Of a stretch of 64,000 bases of DNA, positions 1 through 9,134 are shown piece after piece. A program made the position numbers and the translations under genes. The notes under the pieces are model-generated. The model had not been told where the DNA came from and ran no database searches. It worked only from the letters and a program-made list of their open reading frames with translations. The number at the start of each line of letters is the position of its first letter. Position 1 is the first letter of the stretch. Origin of the DNA: a virus; IMG/VR virus record IMGVR_UViG_3300025645_000002, positions 6,742-70,741 of that record; one strand, given 5' to 3'.

Positions 1-2667
1 GCCGCCAATCGTGCAAAAAACTCTGACGCGCTCTGAACCAGGAGTGCCTACCACAAACTCAAATTGAAAATCGTCAGATTGGTTTGCGTCGATATAAGCA
101 GATCCGCATACTGTATCCCCATTCGCGATAGATGCTACGGCTGGATACCCTCGTGCTGACGAGGTGTTGAGGAGATTGAGTACACCCCAGTTTGGTAGCC
201 CAAGAGGATTTGATCCAGCCGCAGTAAAAGTTGCACCAGACGCCGCCGTCCATTGTGTGTAGTCTTGCGATTGAGTGATCAGATTAGTCGCCGCTGCACT
301 CTCGTGGCGGTAGCCATTTATAGGCCATGAGGCCGCTGTGTTCAGCGTGGCAGGTACTGCTGTGGCTGTGGTGGGAACGTATAGCCCTGAGACAGCATTG
401 CCCGAGTTGGCTACAACACCGTTGAGGTCGGAGCGGTATAGATGCAGACCACCCAAAGCTATTGAACCACTGTCGTTACTGTCAGTACCAACACCAACTC
501 TTAAAGGGCCAATCTCGCCACCTGCCCAAGTAAATGTTTTGGTAGCTTTCCCATCAACCACATCGCTTTTATACATGGCAGATCCTGCACTTGCCATCGT
601 GAGGTATGCAAAAGGTCGGCTTAAAGAACCAGAAAAGCTATCCACATAAACTTCAAAAGTATAAGTACCTGCGGGTAAATCACCTGTAAATACTTGGTAA
701 AATTCTCTGGCCGTTGATGCCGACATGACGTAGCCACCAAGACCATTAGCAAGAGTTGTTGGCGTAGATGTGCCGCCTGTACTTGGAATATAGTTATCTA
801 CAAAAGTCTCAGAATACGGCAGATAGTTATGCGCATTCCAAGCCGCTGTGGTAGGGTCGTAAACCTTGTGATTACGCCGTGGGAGATACACCGCCGCTGT
901 CGTTGTTGGTACATAGGTTTCAGAGCCAGCCACACGGTCAGCTAAGGGAACAGGGGCCATGCCGCCAAGGTCGGAGCGGTAGATGCGCAGGTTGTCTGTT
1001 TTATATTGAACAGTACCAGCACTCTCTGAAGTAATAAAAAGCGCAAGCGACGTGGCTGTCGTAATCACATCAGACTGTAAGGTAAATAAAGTTGGCTCCT
1101 CTGGAACTAAAGTGGTCGAACCAACTGTGTTTGCTTGTCCGCTCATGGAAACAGCCGTAGAGAACGACTTGCCGACATCCTCTGGACGTGCTGCCCACAA
1201 CCGAAAAGCAACCGTGTATGTTGCGTTGACTGCTGGAACAACTTGGGAACCAGACTTAGTTTCTAAACGCTGCCCCGTACCTGTCGATTGCCAAGTATTT
1301 GCGTCTATATTTGTAGCTGATGTATACTTCCACGCCACCACTGTTTCAGAAATATCATCTGACTGAAACTGAAAGTTATGCGGTCCCCACTTCAGCAGCC
1401 CATCGCTGTCAGTCATGGTCGCCAAGGATGTGCGGGTCTGCGTCACAATATCAGAAAACTTATCGCCGACCGTCCCGGCCTTGGCATACCGCTCATTCTG
1501 CATGTCCAAGATTGTCTTCGGCAGAATGCTGTTTGCTACATAAATGTAGGCGACATCGTTTGATAGAATTGCGCGAGTGGCTGTGCCAGACAACAGACGC
1601 TCCGTGGTGTCGTACCAACCATCAGGAATGGATGTGAGCCGCAAAGGCCATAGGATTTCCGCATTTACTGGCGTGACAAACCCATTGACCAGAGCCGCCG
1701 CAGCCACCGCGTCAGAAACAGATGCAGCCGCCACAATCGCGGCGTCAGAAACAGATGCAGCCGCCGCTGCTGCGCTTGTAGATGCCGAAGAAACATTCGC
1801 GGTTGTCGTGACCACATCAGCGCTCGTAGATACGACATCAGCGTTAGTCAGAGCCAGATCAGCCGCCGTATCGATTGAAGCCTGCGCCGCAGTTGCGGCA
1901 TCCGCAGTTGTCTGAGCCACGGCACCCGCAGCAATCGCGGCGTCGGCGTTGGTGCTTATGACATCAGCCGCTGTGGCCGCCTCACTGCCTGCGATACTGA
2001 CAACATCAGCAGCAGTCGCAGCAGCATCAAGTCCTGTCTGGACCAGGTCAGCCGCCGTATCCAGCGTGTCTTGATTGGTTGCAGCCAGATTTGCTGCTGT
2101 CGCGATAGCATCTGCAGCTGTAGCCCCGGCATCTATGGTAGTCTGAGCCAAATCAGAAGCTGTGGCTGCTGCGTCAAGGCCTGTCTGTACTCGATCCGCT
2201 GCTGTGGCTACGGCATCTAAACCGGTCTGCACGCGGTCTGCTGCTGTGGCTGTCGCGTCAGCTTCTGTATCAAGTGTGTCTTGGTTCGTAGCTGCAAGAT
2301 TTGCCGTTGTGACGATGACATCTGAACCAGTGGAAAGAGCATCAGCTGCTGTCGCCGCCGCATCCAACCCTGTCTGTACACGGTCAGCGGCCGTCGCTAA
2401 TGCATCCGCTCCTGTGGCTGTCTCGCTTGACGCTGCAGCTGCTGCTTCGATAGCTGCTTGCGCTTCACTGCCCAAAGCACCTGCTTCAGAGGCTGCTGCA
2501 GCTTGTGCAGACGCCAATGCCTCCGCTGCATATACACCAGCCTCTACGGTGCTTGCACCGGCGTCCCCTTTCAGTCCTGTTGGACCGGTCGGGCCTGAGA
2601 TACCCACCTCTTCAATAACGACAGATGTCCCGTCAGCAGTGGTATTTACTGTAATATCAGCGCACAT
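1..2667 (-). CDS. Tail fibre / receptor-binding protein (runs off the window start; not in the ORF track)
   Basis: Hand-translated MCADITVNTTADG..., collagen-like GPTGPTGLKGDAG, Ala/Thr/Asp coiled-coil repeats (ATAADRVQTGLDA), duplicated C-terminal motif YRSDLGG/YRSDLNG; GAGGTG RBS. Confidence 0.8.
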   Translation of the reverse strand, partial: MCADITVNTTADGTSVVIEEVGISGPTGPTGLKGDAGASTVEAGVYAAEALASAQAAAASEAGALGSEAQAAIEAAAAASSETATGADALATAADRVQTGLDAAATAADALSTGSDVIVTTANLAATNQDTLDTEADATATAADRVQTGLDAVATAADRVQTGLDAAATASDLAQTTIDAGATAADAIATAANLAATNQDTLDTAADLVQTGLDAAATAADVVSIAGSEAATAADVISTNADAAIAAGAVAQTTADAATAAQASIDTAADLALTNADVVSTSADVVTTTANVSSASTSAAAAAASVSDAAIVAAASVSDAVAAAALVNGFVTPVNAEILWPLRLTSIPDGWYDTTERLLSGTATRAILSNDVAYIYVANSILPKTILDMQNERYAKAGTVGDKFSDIVTQTRTSLATMTDSDGLLKWGPHNFQFQSDDISETVVAWKYTSATNIDANTWQSTGTGQRLETKSGSQVVPAVNATYTVAFRLWAARPEDVGKSFSTAVSMSGQANTVGSTTLVPEEPTLFTLQSDVITTATSLALFITSESAGTVQYKTDNLRIYRSDLGGMAPVPLADRVAGSETYVPTTTAAVYLPRRNHKVYDPTTAAWNAHNYLPYSETFVDNYIPSTGGTSTPTTLANGLGGYVMSASTAREFYQVFTGDLPAGTYTFEVYVDSFSGSLSRPFAYLTMASAGSAMYKSDVVDGKATKTFTWAGGEIGPLRVGVGTDSNDSGSIALGGLHLYRSDLNGVVANSGNAVSGLYVPTTATAVPATLNTAASWPINGYRHESAAATNLITQSQDYTQWTAASGATFTAAGSNPLGLPNWGVLNLLNTSSARGYPAVASIANGDTVCGSAYIDANQSDDFQFEFVVGTPGSERVRVFCTIGG

Positions 2668-2941
2668 TGATTATCACCTCTGGTGTAGCTAACGTGTTTC
2701 CATCAGTTCCTAGTGCCCGGACACTAAACGGATAGTCCCCCACGATAAGAGGCTCCGTCCCTTCCAACTTCACGTCGAAAGTCCCGATCAACAGATCGAT
2801 CGGGATCACGGAGAACTGGAGCGCAGGGAATTTACAAATAACAGTGACTTCAGACACTTCCAGGGGTGCCCCTACTGCGTCTGTCCATGTGAAGCGCATG
2901 ACCTTGTCCGCGCCCCTGTAAACGGTGATTCCTGACGCCAT
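2657..2941 (-). CDS. Small beta-rich tail-fibre adaptor (BppU-N-like)
   Basis: MASGITVYRGADK...VIINVR; overlaps the start of the tail fibre gene. Confidence 0.55.
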   Translation of the reverse strand: MASGITVYRGADKVMRFTWTDAVGAPLEVSEVTVICKFPALQFSVIPIDLLIGTFDVKLEGTEPLIVGDYPFSVRALGTDGNTLATPEVIINVR

Positions 2942-3049
2942 CTGTGCACTCCGCCATTTCGTTTTTGTGGTAAATTCTCCGCTATGATAGAGGAAATTTT
3001 CACACCAAACCAAACCACACCACAAACGACTATAATAGGGAATGTCATC

Positions 3050-3256
3050 ATGAGATTACGCACTTCAAAGCTCTTCGCTCTCGAAGGCGCTGCCGAAGCA
3101 TTTATGGGCAGTCTGCCCGCTGGCTCGGAGCCTCTCATCATCCCCAACGTCAATGCTGAAGACAAAGCTCGGGCATACCCAAACCCACGCATTGAATCTT
3201 TCAAGGTTGCGTATTGGGACATCCCGCAAGCATTCCTCAAAGGAACACCAACATGA
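3050..3256 (+). CDS. Hypothetical protein
   Basis: ATG downstream of TATAAT; ATGA overlap with thyX. Confidence 0.55.
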   Translation: MRLRTSKLFALEGAAEAFMGSLPAGSEPLIIPNVNAEDKARAYPNPRIESFKVAYWDIPQAFLKGTPT

Positions 3257-4242
3257 CTATTTTCAAAGGCCCTCAAGAAATGGAAGTCGAGGTCATTCTC
3301 GCTTCCAGAGCAGACGGCTGCCAGCCGCTCTACACTGTCCGCTGCCGCTACCCCCGCATCATCCACGGCGAGATCATGACGCACCGCGATTTCTCTCGCA
3401 ACGCCCGCAGCTCTCGCGCTGTACCAATCAAGACCATGCTCAATGAAGTCCGCAATTCCCCCTTTGTCCCTTGGCATTGGGGCAAGAACCAAAAAGGGAT
3501 GCAAGGCGCCGGTGATCACAACCAGCCTGTCATCATCCCTTATGGTTTTGTCAACGATTGGGACTTTGACACGCCTATTTCTCGTGAAGACGCCTGGCTC
3601 TACGCACGCGACCGAGCTGTTGAAGTGGCCGAAGCCTTTATGACGGCAGATTATCACAAACAGATCCCCAACCGTTTGCTCGAACCTTTCTCTTGGATCG
3701 ACACACTGATCTCCTCCAGTCGCTGGGACAACTTTCTCTGGCTCCGTGAACATGGAGACGCAGAACCCCACTTTCAGGATCTGGCAAAGCTTGTCGGTTT
3801 GGCTATCAAAGATGCTGAGCTTCAAGAGCTTGAGCCAAATCAATGGCACCTGCCCTACATCACAACCGAAGATCGTAAATTCGTCGAAGGTAACGGGATG
3901 ACCGCTGCCTTCAATGTTAGCTTTCTGGCCAAAATCTCTGCCGCCCGTTGCGCACGCATCTCCTACAAGCCTTTCGACGGAGATGCATCCTACGAGCGTG
4001 AGATTGAACGCTACGATAGCCTTCTCAGCTCTGACCGTGTCCATGCCTCTCCTCTGGAGCATCAGGCCACACCAGACCACATGATAACCATTGAAGGCAT
4101 GATGCTGGACAAAGAAGGAAATGACATAGAGCACCTTGGTGTTCGTGATTTCTGGAATAGTCCACGACTTCACGGCAATCTCCCTGGCTGGATCCAATAC
4201 CGCAAGACGGTCCCCGGCGAGGTCTACCGAGACCCTGTCTGA
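3253..4242 (+). CDS. thyX: Flavin-dependent thymidylate synthase
   Basis: THRDFSRNARSSRAVP, HKQIPNRLLEPF, ARCARISY and HASPLEH motifs. Confidence 0.88.
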   Translation: MTIFKGPQEMEVEVILASRADGCQPLYTVRCRYPRIIHGEIMTHRDFSRNARSSRAVPIKTMLNEVRNSPFVPWHWGKNQKGMQGAGDHNQPVIIPYGFVNDWDFDTPISREDAWLYARDRAVEVAEAFMTADYHKQIPNRLLEPFSWIDTLISSSRWDNFLWLREHGDAEPHFQDLAKLVGLAIKDAELQELEPNQWHLPYITTEDRKFVEGNGMTAAFNVSFLAKISAARCARISYKPFDGDASYEREIERYDSLLSSDRVHASPLEHQATPDHMITIEGMMLDKEGNDIEHLGVRDFWNSPRLHGNLPGWIQYRKTVPGEVYRDPV

Positions 4243-4319
4243 TCTCCAAGTGTTCGCACCATTCTTGTTTTTTGGTGCGGACACGCATTTCATCATTAAC
4301 CCTTAAAGGAGGCACGCAC

Positions 4320-5378
4320 ATGTCCACCATGTTTGGCTGCTCACTTAAATCCGCATATCAAATTTGCGTTGATTATCTCATGGCTGGCATCACGCCCTCA
4401 CTTGAATCCAGTCCCGGCCTTGGCAAATCTGCCCTTGCCAAGAAGATTGCCAAAGACTTCAACCTCAAGCTCATCGACATCCGTTTGAGCCAAGTCACGC
4501 CAGAAGATCTCATGGGCTTACCTATGCGGAATGAAGCAGGCCGTGCTTACTACGCCACCATGGAGATGTTCCCTCTCGAAGGGGACCCCATCCCTGAAGG
4601 CTTCGACGGTTGGCTCCTCTTCTTTGACGAGTTCAACTCCGCGGCCAAATCTGTACAGGCTGCGGCCTACAAACCTATTCTCGACCACATGGTCGGCCAG
4701 GAACGTCTGCACGAGAACTGCTATGTCATGTCGGCAGGCAACCTCCAAACTGACCGGGCCATCGTTATCAACGGCGGCACGGCCATTCAAAGCCGCGTCG
4801 GTCACATCACCATCGAGCACAATGAACCAGAGTTCATGGAGCACATGATCGACGCTGGCTTCGATTACCGCGTCCGTGGCTTCATCGACTACAAGCCGGA
4901 GTACGGGCATTACTTTGACCCCGATCACCATGACCGCACGTTCTCTTGTCCCCGCACTTTGGAGTTCCTCTCGGACTACGTCAAACCCAAGGCGACTGAA
5001 GACATCACGGCCACTGGTTGTGCCGGTCTGGTCTCTGACGGCGTTGGTGTCGAATTCGTTGAGTACATCAAGGAATACGCCAATCTCCCTAAGTACGGCG
5101 CCATCGTTGCACACCCGGATTCTACAGGTATCCCGCAACGAGGAGCCACGTGCTTCGCGGTGACGTCAATGCTGATCGAATACTACGATCGCGCAGACTT
5201 CAAAACTGTCTCGAAATACATTTCTCGGTTCTCGCCTGAGTTCCAGATCCCGTATTACCGCGCAGTCAAAGTCAAAGACCCAGCAATCATCAAGGACCCG
5301 CAGTTCAAAGCACGTATCGGCGAACTCACGCGCTTCTTGAGTGACTCTGAACTCACCGGTCTCCACGAGGCCGCATAA
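4320..5378 (+). CDS. MoxR-like AAA+ ATPase (N4 gp24-like)
   Basis: Walker A SSPGLGKS, Walker B LLFFDE, AGN sensor; AAGGAGG RBS. Confidence 0.85.
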   Translation: MSTMFGCSLKSAYQICVDYLMAGITPSLESSPGLGKSALAKKIAKDFNLKLIDIRLSQVTPEDLMGLPMRNEAGRAYYATMEMFPLEGDPIPEGFDGWLLFFDEFNSAAKSVQAAAYKPILDHMVGQERLHENCYVMSAGNLQTDRAIVINGGTAIQSRVGHITIEHNEPEFMEHMIDAGFDYRVRGFIDYKPEYGHYFDPDHHDRTFSCPRTLEFLSDYVKPKATEDITATGCAGLVSDGVGVEFVEYIKEYANLPKYGAIVAHPDSTGIPQRGATCFAVTSMLIEYYDRADFKTVSKYISRFSPEFQIPYYRAVKVKDPAIIKDPQFKARIGELTRFLSDSELTGLHEAA

Positions 5379-5395
5379 CCAATCTGGAGCATCCA

Positions 5396-6580
5396 ATGGA
5401 TCTTGTTACCCTTCCCCAATACGAACACGTCACCCCGTTACCGGAAGCGCAACTGGACAAGTTGCTCCAGAAAACCAAAGGACGTTTGTTCTTCAAGCAC
5501 AACTCCGCATTTGTCGCACGTCTCTTGTGTGACATCGACATCTTCTGGGATTACTCCTGCAAGACTGCATGGACCGACGGGGAGCGTATGGGCATCAACC
5601 CGGCGCTGTTCACTTGGCTTGAGCCAGAGGAACGCGTTACGCTTCTCGTCCATGAAGTCTGGCACCCAGGCTTCGGTCACGTCATTCTTTCCCGTATCGG
5701 CAAACGCGTCTTTGATATTTGGAACCAAGCAGCTGACCATGTGATTAATACCATGCTGCGCTCAGAGGGATTCACGTTTGGTCCCAAACTTATGTCCCTC
5801 AACCCATGTATCGACATGCGTTTTCACAAGATGTTCACCGAGCAGGTCTACGACATCCTGTATAACGAGCAGCCTCCCTGCCCTGAAGGAATTCACGGCT
5901 CAACGGAACCCCTAAGCGGTCAGGACATTGTCCCCTTTAAGGGAGAGAAAGGCATCATCGAACGCAAGATCGTCACAGCACAACAGGCGGCCAAAGCGGC
6001 GAACCAAGCAGGCAGCACTCCGGGTGAAACCACCCTCCTTCTTGATGAGTACCTGCATCCAAAACTGCCTTGGGAAGTCCTTGTCCAGAACTGGTTCACT
6101 GCGCTCTCCCATGACGATTACTCCATGCGGCGCCCTAACCGACGCTACGAGGACATGTATCTCCCGTCCCTTCTCGCCAATGAGGGTCTCGAGCATCTCA
6201 TGTATTTCTGGGACATCTCTGGCTCAGTTTCAGATCAGGACATCGCTCAGTCCAACGCTGAACTGCGTCACGTCCATGATAACCTCCAGCCTGAGCTCAT
6301 GTCGCTTGTCACATTCGATCATGAACTCCAGGATTTCTACGAATTCGAACGGGATCTTCCCTACGATAAAGTCGAAGTCACTGGCCGGGGTGGCACCTGT
6401 TTGAAGCCTGTGCTTGCACACATCAAAAAGCATCGTCCAACAGCGGCCATTATCTTCTCCGATCTTCACTGCGCGCCCATGAGAGAGGACCCCAAAATCC
6501 CTGTTCTCTGGATCGTCCTAAATAACCCCGATGCCACAGTCCCCTTTGGACGCATGGTTCACCTCGACACGCAAAGCTAA
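5396..6580 (+). CDS. Metallopeptidase-vWA protein (N4 gp25/DUF2201-like)
   Basis: TAWTDG, HEVWH zinc motif, MIDAS DISGS, GRGGT. Confidence 0.85.
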   Translation: MDLVTLPQYEHVTPLPEAQLDKLLQKTKGRLFFKHNSAFVARLLCDIDIFWDYSCKTAWTDGERMGINPALFTWLEPEERVTLLVHEVWHPGFGHVILSRIGKRVFDIWNQAADHVINTMLRSEGFTFGPKLMSLNPCIDMRFHKMFTEQVYDILYNEQPPCPEGIHGSTEPLSGQDIVPFKGEKGIIERKIVTAQQAAKAANQAGSTPGETTLLLDEYLHPKLPWEVLVQNWFTALSHDDYSMRRPNRRYEDMYLPSLLANEGLEHLMYFWDISGSVSDQDIAQSNAELRHVHDNLQPELMSLVTFDHELQDFYEFERDLPYDKVEVTGRGGTCLKPVLAHIKKHRPTAAIIFSDLHCAPMREDPKIPVLWIVLNNPDATVPFGRMVHLDTQS

Positions 6581-6589
6581 GGAACCAAC

Positions 6590-7111
6590 ATGTCTACAGT
6601 CAACGGACGCTCCCTCATCGAAGCAGGCCCCATCGCAAACATGCTTGAAGTCAAAGAGCGCCTTCATGGTGTCTCGCACGGCTTGACTGAAGCCGGATAC
6701 GACATCCGTCTCAAGCAGGCCATCAAGTTCTCCCGCAGTGTCGGGGGCAGACCAATGGTTGAGGTTGACGATGCCTACGGTCAAGCAGTGCACACTGCCC
6801 GTGGCCGCTTTGTCATTGCTTCTGCCATGGAACGCTTCACCATGCCTGACGATCTCGTCGGCGTGGTCCATGACAAGTCTACATGGGCACGCCAAGGCGT
6901 GTCTGTCTTCAACACCGTCATCGAGCCAGGTTGGCAAGGCTTCCTCACACTTGAGATCGTTTTTCACAGCGAGACAGAAGTCATCATTCCTGCTGGTGCA
7001 GGTATCGCACAAGTTCTCTTCTCACGTGTTGAGAACCATGCTAAATATGCGGGCAAGTATCAGGATCAAGCAGACGAACCAGTCTCTGCCATCCTCGAAT
7101 CCTCCTCATAA
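6590..7111 (+). CDS. dcd: dCTP deaminase
   Basis: AGYDIRL, DKSTWARQG, VIEPGWQGFLTLE and YAGKYQDQ motifs. Confidence 0.88.
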   Translation: MSTVNGRSLIEAGPIANMLEVKERLHGVSHGLTEAGYDIRLKQAIKFSRSVGGRPMVEVDDAYGQAVHTARGRFVIASAMERFTMPDDLVGVVHDKSTWARQGVSVFNTVIEPGWQGFLTLEIVFHSETEVIIPAGAGIAQVLFSRVENHAKYAGKYQDQADEPVSAILESSS

Positions 7112-7171
7112 AGTTGCCTCCCCCTGTGCCTGTGTCCTCGAACGCTTACCCAGCGTTTGGCAGGGGGCAAC

Positions 7172-7206
7172 TGTCTGGTCAGTTCCTATGCTGATCAGAC
7201 ATTTTT
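7172..7206 (+). terminator. Intrinsic terminator after dcd
   Basis: TGTCTGGTCAG/CTGATCAGACA stem followed by a T-run. Confidence 0.65.
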
Positions 7207-7230
7207 ATTCAAGAATATGGTTGTAGATCG

Positions 7231-7533
7231 TGCCATGGGTAGCCCCCTAACGGTCTTGCTTGCAAGGCAACCGTACCCGACAGCTCTGATTCCAGTCCGC
7301 CGCAAGGACGTTACGAGATGATGAGTTGTCGGGATTAATCCCTCGGGACGCCGGCTTGCTAGGTCGGGGTATAAAACATCAGTAAGCAGAGAAGCCCGGG
7401 CACATACTCGGATATCTGCTAAGTCGTCACGGCATAAGGACCTGCAAAGTCTGGACCCAGGGCGCAACCTCATAGCCCAGCCAGCGGTGGCTTTATAACA
7501 CTGCGCAGCCAGAGGGGGTAGCTGCCATGTGGC
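7231..7533 (+). ncRNA. Putative large structured non-coding RNA of unknown class
   Basis: Terminal helix plus at least six nested hairpins, G-U pairs on the + strand, several GCAA loops; no convincing ORF. Confidence 0.55.
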
Positions 7534-7616
7534 TTCTCCGGCCTAGTCTAATCCGCTAGGTTACTCCTGATCTGGTACGTGTGTGGGGGCTTATCACCCC
7601 CACACACACTCTTAAA

Positions 7617-7633
7617 TGTAAGGTATTCGGGGA
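7617..7633 (-). promoter_or_regulatory. Inverted iteron upstream of rep (autoregulatory operator)
   Basis: Reverse complement TCCCCGAATACCTTACA matches origin iteron TCCCCGAATCTCTTACA at 15/17. Confidence 0.75.
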
Positions 7634-7672
7634 ACCCTTCCCCATCTCCCCGTCAGGCCCTAATCTACAGGC

Positions 7673-8563
7673 ATGACAAACACTCCCAAAACCTACCGAG
7701 TCCTTGAACTCAAGCCCTCGTCTGACACAGCTTCGAAACCTTCGGAGCTTATCCAGATCCGCGGGCATGATGGGCTCACGCTCAATGCACGCAGAGCCAT
7801 TACCCTTCTCTGGCATAATGCTCACCGTCAGGGCATCGAAGAGAACAAGGACTATACCATTGAAATAGACCAGCTCATGCCCCTGCGGCACAAAGGCTAT
7901 GAAATGGTTGAAGAGGCTATTGAAGCCCTTATGACCACACTGATCATGGTCCCGCTCCCGGACGGCAGCACACGCCGTGTGCAAGTCCTGGGCGGGAATG
8001 ATCTCACAGACAAGAACCGCCGTGCGGGAACGCTGACCTACAGCTTCGACCGGCGTCTTGTGGAAGTGCTGCGTGACAGTGCCATCTGGGGTAAGATCTC
8101 GATCCCCGAACTCATGGCCTTCTCGTACCGCTACTCCATCACGCTTTATGAGCACATCTCTCAGTGGATCGGTCTGACGCAGATGCAGGGAAAGACCTTC
8201 AATCTCGAAGAATTCCGCCATGTCCTCGGTGTCACTCCCAACAAATATAAGGCATTCGGGGGATTGAACCAACAAGTCCTGAAACCTGTTCTGGCTGAGA
8301 TCAATGCATTGGCTCCATTCAATGTTGCTATACAGCCAATAAAAACAGGGAAAAGTGTAACGCACATCCGTCTGCAATGGTGGGAGAAGTCTATCCCAGA
8401 ACGCCAAGAGGCCTACGCTGAAGTCAATCGATCCAAGATCGGAAGACGTGCAAGGATCAAAGGCAACGTGGAATATGTGCTTCCTTCCGTCTCTTCACCA
8501 CAACGTCTTGTGCGTGATGCTAGGAAATCAGCCACAAAGAATGATGATTCACTGATTGAATAA
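7673..8563 (+). CDS. repB: Plasmid replication initiator, Rep_3 family (Rhodobacterales RepB-type)
   Basis: KPSELIQI..LTLNARRAITLLWHNAH, LTYSFD, YSITLYE, VLKPVLAEINALA; iterons directly downstream. Confidence 0.88.
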   Translation: MTNTPKTYRVLELKPSSDTASKPSELIQIRGHDGLTLNARRAITLLWHNAHRQGIEENKDYTIEIDQLMPLRHKGYEMVEEAIEALMTTLIMVPLPDGSTRRVQVLGGNDLTDKNRRAGTLTYSFDRRLVEVLRDSAIWGKISIPELMAFSYRYSITLYEHISQWIGLTQMQGKTFNLEEFRHVLGVTPNKYKAFGGLNQQVLKPVLAEINALAPFNVAIQPIKTGKSVTHIRLQWWEKSIPERQEAYAEVNRSKIGRRARIKGNVEYVLPSVSSPQRLVRDARKSATKNDDSLIE

Positions 8564-8735
8564 TCCCCGAATCTCTTACAGCAACTCCCCGAATCTCTTA
8601 TTTTACTGCCCATATTCCTTACCGGACTCCCCGTATATCATACACTTAGTCCCGTAAGCTTTTGATTTTGTTAAGCGAATACCGCTTAGAATCTATGAAT
8701 TCCAAATCAAAAGAGAATCTCCCGAATCCCTTACA
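8564..8735 (+). repeat. Iteron array and AT-rich stretch (plasmid oriV)
   Basis: TCCCCGAATCTCTTA-like units at 8564, 8586, 8607, 8628, ~8649 (21-22 bp period) and ~8719. Confidence 0.8.
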
Positions 8736-8888
8736 CTTGTAACTCGCCAATAGCGGGAATTTTTCCTTGTGTCATTGCCCTCTTTTTTGGTAACACCACA
8801 CCACACCACACCTGTTCTCCCTCCTCCCCAGGTTCGGTGCTTCAGGCCGGTCCAGCCTCCTCCTCCCAGAGTTCACTGGACCGGTCTT

Positions 8889-9134
8889 TTATTTAGGGAC
8901 TTTGTTGCCTTGAACATAGTACGCCATCAGAACCCCAACCATCTCACCGTTGGTTCTCCGCTCGGTCATACACAGCTGCCGAAAGTTCTCGTAGTCGCTC
9001 TCCGGCATACGCACAGACATCTGCACAACTGGGTTTGCTTCGCGCCTGCCCCAACGCTTACTGCGCGCTGCGACGAGTTCAGGGTTCTTTTCGGCTTCTT
9101 GAGCCAATCCTTCAAAGTTCAAACTTTTAGCCAT
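8889..9134 (-). CDS. Ribbon-helix-helix partition adaptor (ParG-like)
   Basis: Flexible N-terminus plus VVQMSVRMPESDYENFRQLC RHH; overlaps the parA stop. Confidence 0.72.
   Translation of the reverse strand: MAKSLNFEGLAQEAEKNPELVAARSKRWGRREANPVVQMSVRMPESDYENFRQLCMTERRTNGEMVGVLMAYYVQGNKVPK

Noticed and set aside
2872-4296. 474-aa minus-strand ORF and many other antisense ORFs (e.g. 7556-8407, 9148-9984, 39797-41260)
   Set aside because: Shadow frames opposite well-supported genes
7285-7315. Hammerhead-like CTGAT..GTCC..GGACG segment in the structured region
   Set aside because: The core reads CTGATTCCA/GTTA rather than CUGANGA/GAAA, so it is not a canonical hammerhead
7195-7473. 92-aa minus-strand ORF
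   Set aside because: No recognisable motif or clear RBS; the region is better explained by + strand RNA structure
8564-8665. Possible mini-CRISPR array
   Set aside because: The 21-22 bp period leaves no room for spacers; position and spacing fit iterons
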